Positions 55,945-64,000 of a stretch of 64,000 bases of DNA are shown piece by piece. The notes under the pieces are model-generated. The model made no database searches, was not told where the DNA came from, and saw only the letters and a program-made list of their open reading frames with translations. The number at the start of each line of letters is the position of its first letter. The stretch's first letter is position 1. The position numbers and the translations under genes are program-made. This DNA comes from the human T2T-CHM13v2.0 reference genome, Homo sapiens: assembly GCF_009914755.1 (NCBI RefSeq), contig NC_060933.1, one strand, 5' to 3'.

Positions 55945-56580
55945 ATGATTTATGCAGTAAATAGTAAATGTCTCTTATGAACCAGGTGTTCAGGGTACAG
56001 AAGCAAACAAAGCTGACTTAGCATGTTCCATCAGTTCCAATACCAGTATCCCAGGAGTGTGGTGAGCAAGGGGAAGATGGAACAGAAAGAGGGCTTGTAA
56101 GTTATGGTGAGAATTTATTTCTATCGCAAGTGCAGTAGAAAGCCTTTGCTTTAAAATTTTAAACAAATCTTAATGATGAGATGATTTTGTTGAAATTTTG
56201 AGGGAGTCACTCTGGCTCCTCTATGGAGATCAGACAAGCGTATAAGTATGGATACCAGTTAGGAGGCCAATACATTAGACCGGGTGATAAATAATATTGA
56301 TCAGAATCACCTGGAGGGCTCTTAAAACACAGATTTCTAGACCCCACCCCTAGAGTTTTTGATTCTGTAGGTCTTGTGAATATGCAGGTGCAATGGGCGC
56401 ATGGGGTGGGCAGAGAATCTTTGTGTCTAACAAGTTCCCAGGTGGTGCTGATGCCTCTGATCTGGAGGCCACACCCTGAGAACCACTGGCCTCTATTATG
56501 GCGATGGCAATGAAGTTGGAACAAAGTGGGCTGATTTGAGAAAAACTCTGAAGATAAGATTAAAAGGGCATGCTGATGTA
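55945..56580 (-). mobile_element. L2 fragment containing a MER5A insertion
   Basis: accaggtgttcagggtacag..gtgcagtagaaagcc..tcactctggctcc..accagttaggaggc. Confidence 0.55.
56301..56488. mobile_element. MER5A
   Basis: TCAGAATCACCTGGAGGGCTCTTAAAACACAGATT..CCCCACCCCTAGAGTTTTTGATTC..CTAACAAGTTCCCAGGTGGTGCTGATGC..TGAGAACCACTG. Confidence 0.9.
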
Positions 56581-57229
56581 CCAATACTAGAGAATATTAG
56601 GACCAAGCATTTTCCTTTAAAACATGAAGGAGATGAAATACTACAAAATTTTAGGAAAAGAAGTATCTGTCATATGAAACTTGAATGAGGTTAAATAAGA
56701 AAGAAAAACAAAACAAAACAAAAGAAATACCCTTCACGTAGTAGGCAATAAATGTTTGAATATCATTTACTCTCCCCTTCACACTGACTAGTAAAAGCAA
56801 ATGGTTTCCTAAAGTGTTTGAAATAATTGTAAATTTCATTACCAAAAGCAGCTTCTAAAATGTAGGATCTTGGGGATGGTTGAATAAGAGAAGATAACTA
56901 TGCTTTTTCATTGTCAGAGCTTTGGGGTGTCAAAGGAAAAAGGAGAAATGAAGTGGTATAAACAAGTGTAAAGCCTGCCCATTCACCTGCCCAGATTAGC
57001 TCTTCTGTTTTAACACCCAATACTGTATCCATCTCTCTCCTGGAATGGACTCCTTACCATAGCAGCCCTCTCTCCACATGTGCACCCTACAAGTCCATTT
57101 AAAAAACAAACAAGAACTCTGCATGCCAGTACCTTGGGGACCCTGCCCAAGCCCTGCCTCCTGATTTACCTTGGTATCTCCAATTTCTGCCCTATTAGCT
57201 ACCATATTTCTGCCTCTTTGTCCAGCTCC

Positions 57230-57672
57230 ATTATGAATTGTGTCCTTCAAACATTTGTATTTTGAAATCCTTAGAATGTAACTTTATTTGGAAATAGAGT
57301 CATTGCAGACGTAACTAGTTAAATTAAAATAAGGTCATTAGGGTGGGTCGTAATCTAATATGACTGGTGTCCTTATGAAAAGGAGATATTTGGACACAAA
57401 GATATACACACAGGGAGGTCATCATATGAAGACAAAGGCAGAGATCAGGATGATTCTTCCACAAGACAAGAGCTCCAGTGATTGCCAGCACACCCCCAGA
57501 AGCCAGGGGAGAGACCTGGACCACATTCTCCCTGAACGCCCTCAGAAGGAACCAACCCAACGACACCTTGATTCCAGACTGCAGCATTCCAGAACTGTGA
57601 GACAATACATTTCTGTTGTTTAAGCCACTTTCTCAGCGGTACTTTATTACAGCAGCCCTGGGGAAGTAATCA
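57230..57672 (+). mobile_element. MLT1C-like solo LTR
   Basis: TGAATTGTGTCC..TTATTTGGAAATAG..ATGACTGGTGTCCTTAT..CCCTCAGAAGGAACCAACCC..CCAGAACTGTGAGACAATACATTTCTGTTGTTTAAGCCAC. Confidence 0.9.
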
Positions 57673-58677
57673 AGTGCCTTTTGATGATTGCTTTAGTTGA
57701 ACTGTCCACTCAGCTCTTAACTCTGCCCTCTTTGTCTCTCAGATCTGCTTCTCTTCTATGCTCAGTGGGTGAATGCGGACCCTTCCATAGTACAGACCAG
57801 GCCCTCTGGGACCCCAACCAGGGCTCAATGCCCTGGATTCCCAGCTTTCCAAATATGGGGTTCTGACACTCATTCCCATCGGACAGTTGCCTCCTTAGGA
57901 GTCTGTCCTGTTTTATTATTCATCTTTGGGTCCTATCAATTATCACAGTGCCCATCTCATAGCCAGTCGGTTTGTTGAATGAATAATACAATTAACGAAC
58001 TAGTCATTATTTATTTTTTCCCTTTGATAAACAAAAAACTCGAGGCCTTTTGACCTTCATGCTGGTGTATTTTTGTCAATACAATGAGTGGTTTATTTGA
58101 GAAGCGTCTGTTTTTGGATCACATTATTCAGTAAATGTGTATTCTTAATGAAAGTGATCAGTGCAGATCAAGCTGACATTAACACTAAAGATATGTAGGA
58201 TTGCTTTGGTGTGCAAATGGAAATGGTTTGGTGCCGGGGGATAATGAATACATGAGAATTAGGACTGCGTTATTAAACTGAGGGGATGAAACTTGTCATT
58301 AGTTCCCACTGCTTCTTGGAGTTATTGTTAATAGCTATTTGAGTGAGGAGACGGGAACATGTGGAGAAGAGGATGTGGAGAAACAAATGTGTAGATAACG
58401 TCTGCTCGCTGAGATATGTGATGTTTGGAATTGATCATCCTGCAGTTTTCGCTGAGATGCTAGTGATTTTGAACTGATCTGTTTTCCCAAACTCAATCAG
58501 AGGTGCGAGCAGCTGACAACCCTGCAGATTCCTCCTGTTGTCTGCACAAGACTTTGATTTCCAATGAAATGCAAAGTCCACATGCTACATTTGGGGGCCA
58601 GATCCCAAAGAATGATGATCTTTGTTTATCCAGGGAGGAGTTGCTCATGGAAAGGATGCCGATAAAAATTACCAAAC

Positions 58678-59018
58678 TGTCTTAGTCTTTTTGAGGAACT
58701 ATAATGGAATGCTGGGTGGCTTATACACTTTAGAAATTTATTTCTCACTGTTCTGGAGGCTGAAATGTCCAAGATCAAGGCCCTTGCAGATTCAACGTCT
58801 ACAGAGGATCCACTTCGTTATAAGACCATCTTCTCACTGTCACCTTACACTGTAGAAGGGCTAGTTCACTGTCTTTTATAAGGACACTAATCCCAATCAC
58901 AAGGTCTCTGCCTTCATGACCTAGTCACCTCCCAAAGACTCTACCTCCTAATATTGTCACCTTCAGGGTTAAAATGTCAACATATGAATTTTGGGACAGA
59001 GACATTCACATCACAGCA
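58678..59018 (-). mobile_element. MLT1A0-like solo LTR
   Basis: TGTCTTAGTC..AGAAATTTATTTCTCACTGTTCTGGAGGCTG..CACTAATCCCA..TCAACATATGAATTTTGGG..CACAGCA. 5-bp TSD CAAAC/CAGAC. Confidence 0.9.
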
Positions 59019-59325
59019 CAGACCAAAGCATTTTTGAGAAGGAGGCATTATTTATACTTAAGTAGGGACAACAGTATAACCTGTGTTGTTCCCGGGCATA
59101 CTGGAGAAAACCATCACCCTACTGATGAACCACCCAAAGTCCTATTAAAATTTGATCAACCCCCATTCCATGTGGTTTCAATCAGCCTTAACCAAGAAAC
59201 ATCTCTGCCAAGGTCTGCTCTTGTGTTTCTAGAACTTCATACATAAGAACATTTCTCCATGAAAACCCAACATAACATTATGGTCTATGTTGTTTTATGA
59301 CATGGCCCAAATTTTCAAAATTGTT

Positions 59326-59630
59326 ATTATTATTAATTTTTTTTTTGAGATGGAGTCTTGCTCTGTCTTCCAGGCTAGAGTGCAGTGGCGCGATCTAGGC
59401 TCACTTCAAGCTACACCTCCTGGGTTCATGCCATTCTCCTGCCTCAGCCTCCCGATTAGCTGGGACTACAGGCGCCCGCCACCACGCCCAGCTAATTTTT
59501 TTTTGTATTTTTAGTAGAGAGGGGGTTTCACTGTGTTAGTCAGGATGGTCTCGATCTCCTGACCTCATGATCCGCCCGCCTCGGCCTCCCAAAGTGCTGG
59601 GATTACAGGCGTGAGCCACCGTGCCCGGCC
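59326..59630 (-). mobile_element. AluY
   Basis: GGGTTCATGCCATTCTCC, GTGTTAGTCAGGATGGTCTCGATCTCC. TSD TCAAAATTRTT at 59315 and 59631. Confidence 0.95.
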
Positions 59631-59829
59631 TCAAAATTATTTTTAACTTCCTTGAATTTTAAAAAATTGAATTATAAAGCTATGCTACCATCCCCCCTCT
59701 CCACAACACACACCACAGACAGTTTGAACGAATAGGCAGAGAAGAAAATAGGCTTGACTACTCATTAATAGATATCCAAAATTCAACTCAAAAGGGTAGA
59801 ATAGCCGGGAAGCACAAAAAGCTCATGGA

Positions 59830-60075
59830 AGTAGTGGAGTAAAAATTGGTGTGACATTTGGAATAAAACAGCTTGAGTTTGAATCCCAGCTTGGCCTTTT
59901 CTAGGTGGGTGATGCTGACAAGGTCATTTCATATCTCTCAAGCACTTTTTCTCATCTGAGAAATGGGGTAAATATATACAAGATTTTTTGTGAGGATTGA
60001 ATAAAATAATGCAGAGAAAATGCCGAGCACAGGACTTGACACATAAATGTTTAATTGATAGTAGCTGCTGTTGCT
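59830..60075 (+). mobile_element. MIR
   Basis: gagtttgaatcccagct..tctctcaagcac..tctcatctgagaaatgggg..tgtgaggattgaataaaataatgca..gcacaggacttgacacata. Confidence 0.8.
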
Positions 60076-61187
60076 GTATCACACACTGATTTTTACTACC
60101 AACCAAACTATGCTTATTTTAAAAGAACATTTTTATGTAATGATTCTAATACATTTTTGAACATTTATATTCCACCCTACCTCCAAAATACTGAAGTTTG
60201 TTCATATGTTTCATGATGCACCAAATGACTGTAAGTAAAAAATCAGAAATTTTGGCAAATGTGAAAGAAAAACCAAAAAGATTTATCAGGAAATATGCCT
60301 TATTGCCTGTGATGTATTTTGTAAGCCAGACATAGTAAAACTAAATTATCTCTGGAAATTGCAGTATAGCAAAAACTGATTAGAATTTAGGTCAAAGAAA
60401 AATCAGTGAATGAGTCTTCCAAATGATCATTACAGCTATAAAGGTATTTTTCTCCCAACCAAACCACAGATGTAGGAAACAAATTATTGAGCTGTTGGTT
60501 TCTATGATCTGAAGTCTCCATCGTGAGTCTTTACCATGAAGCTTCTAATATTCAGTAATGGGGAAACCTGCACACTGTTGCCCATGAGTGGTTACATAAG
60601 AGTGCCACCTACAGGCAAGGGGTAATGCATCATGGCATAGTAACTAATTTTTAAAAATCATTTTTATGTATTTATCCTGACAATTCTTTCTCAAGTGAGA
60701 ATCGAATCAGAAAATGACTCTTCCCACAACCAGAAACGGAGCATGCATTGCAATGTAACTTTACATAAACTGTAAATGGAACAGTCTAGTCAGTTAGTAG
60801 CTTGGTGACTCTGGGAGTGAAGCTGCATTTGACAAAGGGCAGCTTGCCTGAAGAAAGCAAAGCCCAGATAGGAGAGTAGAAAGATGCAAGGGGAGTGAAG
60901 GGGATAAGAGCTAGATATCTGCAGAAGGGGAAATAAGACTTTTGATAGAATGAAGGAGAACAGTGAGTAGGAAGGGAGAAACTGGCATAGGGCCACCCAT
61001 AGTAGAAGGGATGAAGGGTAAGGGATGTGACCACAGCTGTCATGGGGAAGGGGCAAAAAGAGAAGACCACACAGTATCTCTAAGAATATGCATATGTTGT
61101 GAGCACCACCAATATCCTTTGTAAAAAGACCAACACATCATTGGAGACAAAAAGGAAGCTAGCAGAAGCTTAGAAAGTCTGAATTTG

Positions 61188-61480
<293 letters not shown>

Positions 61481-62469
61481 CTAAATTTGGTAGCTTTATA
61501 TTACAACAATGAAATAAACCGTGTTTTAGGTAAATGTAGCAGGTATGACTCTACAAAACAAGTTCTCTTTGTTTTTCTGAATCAAACAAAATCAGGCTCT
61601 GGGCCTTACTCATCACAAGTAGCAGAGACTCCAGTGTCTGGCACTTTTCAGAAACCCCTCCCAACTCCTTTGGAGTCATACTAGAGCCTTGAGGCCCACA
61701 CTGCCCATGAAACTCGGAAAAGTTGCAGGTCCTTAGCCCTTGTGGCTGCTGCTCCTGGTGTTCCGTGTTCAGGCCTGTGTCTTTTTTTAAGATGATTCTA
61801 CCTTTCCCCAGGGCCATGCAAAACAGCCAAAGAGGAAAGCCACCACCAACTGGGATCACCTGCTTTGGACCTTTATATTAGCACGAACAAACTTCCAGTG
61901 AATTCCTGTGATCATATAATCTTAAATTTGTTTTGCTGTCATGGTAACAATAGTTTAGTCTACCCTAACTAGCATATTTTCTTATGCTACTCTATAGTTC
62001 AAATTCTGTCTATATGATAAATACTTCCAGAAGAAAAGATGGAGAACACGGAGATTCATATGTATATTTTGTAAAGCTAATCACTAGAAAATAGTTGTAA
62101 AAAATAATTCCACATGTACTACCAGAGCCATAAAACACAGAAGAGGGATTATAACAGAGAATGTGGATTTAGGGTTAATGTCTGGGGTGGAGAAACAGCT
62201 GCAGAGGCCAGCAGATCCATAGCAGTCTTTCTGGATTACTAGGAAGAGTGGACAGCTGGTGCTTTACACCTCTCCACAGAAATCTGTGGACAAAGGTGAT
62301 ATTTACAGGGTGCTTTGAACCTTTGAGGAAGAAAAGACCAAGAACTTTCCGCAAATAGAAATAAATAAGGGCTCTGATATAAAGTGGTAACCTATCTCAA
62401 TAGAGATATTATGTGATGAAAAGTAAATTATATTTCATCAGTAGAACCTGGAAGTAATGCTGATGTAGA

Positions 62470-62683
62470 AGTTCTACAGACCAGCCTGAGCTATCCAGGC
62501 CTTTATGATCCCTGAAAGTCATTGGATGTGGGCTAGCCTTTGATAGCGATGTGGCTTTGAGTGAGGCAGGTTTCTGAAGCTGAAGCAATCCCTGAAGGGG
62601 CAGGCAGCTTAAGACCACCTGCTCACAACATTCCCAGGAGCTGGGCCACAAGTCCCTCATGGAGGGGGATCTGGGAAGCATCT
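62470..62683 (-). mobile_element. LTR16-family fragment
   Basis: ggcctttat..agtcattggatgtgggct..ctgaagctgaagcaatccctgaagggg..agctggg..gagggggatctggg. Confidence 0.65.
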
Positions 62684-64000
62684 GAATCAGGACCCTTTTG
62701 TGTATGAATGAGGGCACTGCTAATAAAGATGCTGTGACAACAGGCACAACCATGACTCTCCAACTGGGACATGTGGCCACCTTTACTGTGACAATCCTTG
62801 ATGCTACCCCACAATAGACACTTTGACAGGAAGTATAATACCAGGAACTATAATAGAATTCAGACTGGACCAGAACAGAGACTATCTCAGAAAACATATC
62901 AGCAAAAATGCTTCCATTGATTTCTCATTAAAAAGAAATTGGAATTTACATCAGAACCCCCCTATACATTTATATAGATTAGTACCTTTGTAAATTATAG
63001 TAAAATGTATATAGTCTTTATTCCATAGTTTGGGGTCAGTCCATTTTTTTAAGTACTTCTGTTATTTCCACAAAATCCCAAGTTCATGAATCTATCTAGG
63101 TATTATTGCATATGGATTTCTAGGCCAAGAGAATGCCATCCAATCATTTTAGTGAAGACCTTATCATCTCAAGAGGGCAAAACTAAGCATACTTTTCTCC
63201 TAATAAAATGTTATCCCGACCAAATATATTTCTATCTGGCATGCTGAACTTTGTAGTGTTAGTTAGTCTCTACATTCATATATGAAATTTTAATATTTCA
63301 AAATCTGGACAAATAAGATTTTTGTAAAAAGCCCAATAGACTCTTAATGTAAGCCAAGCTGAGAATTTGGCCCCAAATATCCTTTATTATTGATAATCAA
63401 GGTAGACTTGGAATTCATAATCATTTCCCTGTGGCAGCAATCAAGTTTTATATTTGAAAAGAACTGTGAATGATAGAACTGGGTGTAAGGAAGAAATTTT
63501 TTTGCTTCCATCATTATATTATTCACTGTGGTATCACTGAGGCCTGATTTGCGGTCTGGCACATTGCAGGAGTGCAATAATTGTTGAATAAAAGATTGAA
63601 AGAATGAATGAATGGAACAAGGAGAAATGTTCAGATAGGAAAGGAGTACAGGTCTTAATTGTAGCAATCATATTAAATTCTACAGTACTAACAGCAGAAC
63701 AAAGGACTGTCAAATGTCTCCTGGGGCTAAATTCTGGCACATAAAAACGTGTCATTGCATGGACCTCAAAGGACCTCTGCCCAGCCAGAGGCTGCCCTGG
63801 CTGTCTGGAGCCATCATTGCACTTTTTTTATATTGTTGCTTTAAAATTAAGCAGCTAGGTTAGTTCCTAGGTTAATAGTATTAATGACATTCCAAGACTT
63901 GATTTTTCCCCATTTTTAATCAGAAATGGAGACATGTCTTTTTAATAGTTTTAATGATTTCTAATTTTAGAAATGTTTATGAAATCAAATAGTCCACATT

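Noticed and set aside
62409-62897. 162-aa minus-strand ORF
   Set aside because: It overlaps an LTR16 fragment and other old repeat-like sequence, has no recognisable domain, and is consistent with a chance ORF.

Overview
This is primate (human-like) AT-rich, CpG-poor intergenic or intronic DNA, and most of it is transposable-element fossils. I count nine Alus (J, S and Y types) and a 5'-truncated L1PA2/3 nested inside an older L1MB within a roughly 12-kb LINE pile-up (16.5-28.4 kb). There is also a decayed ERVL (LTR16/HERV16-like) provirus with recognisable gag and pol remnants, many MaLR/ERV1/ERVL solo LTRs, hAT/Tigger MITEs, and MIR and L2 fragments. I find no supportable cellular protein-coding gene, RNA gene, CRISPR array or CpG island. 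The long ORFs in the track derive from L1 ORF2, ERVL gag or Alu. I cannot support a new multi-gene biological system here. The most notable structures not explained by repeats are: (1) two old local direct duplications (16.1/31.7 kb and 47.1/48.2 kb); (2) a perfect 17-bp-arm hairpin flanked by two smaller hairpins at 39.3 kb; (3) a probable 10-nt 3' transduction on the L1PA; (4) a near-perfect p53-family site and a good CTCF site on either side of a MER4 LTR; (5) four repeat-free, motif-dense islands that look like conserved enhancers; and (6) a candidate minus-strand terminal exon at the ERVL edge. Repeat subfamily names are recalled from consensus sequences by eye. Boundaries of old elements are approximate, to within tens of bp.
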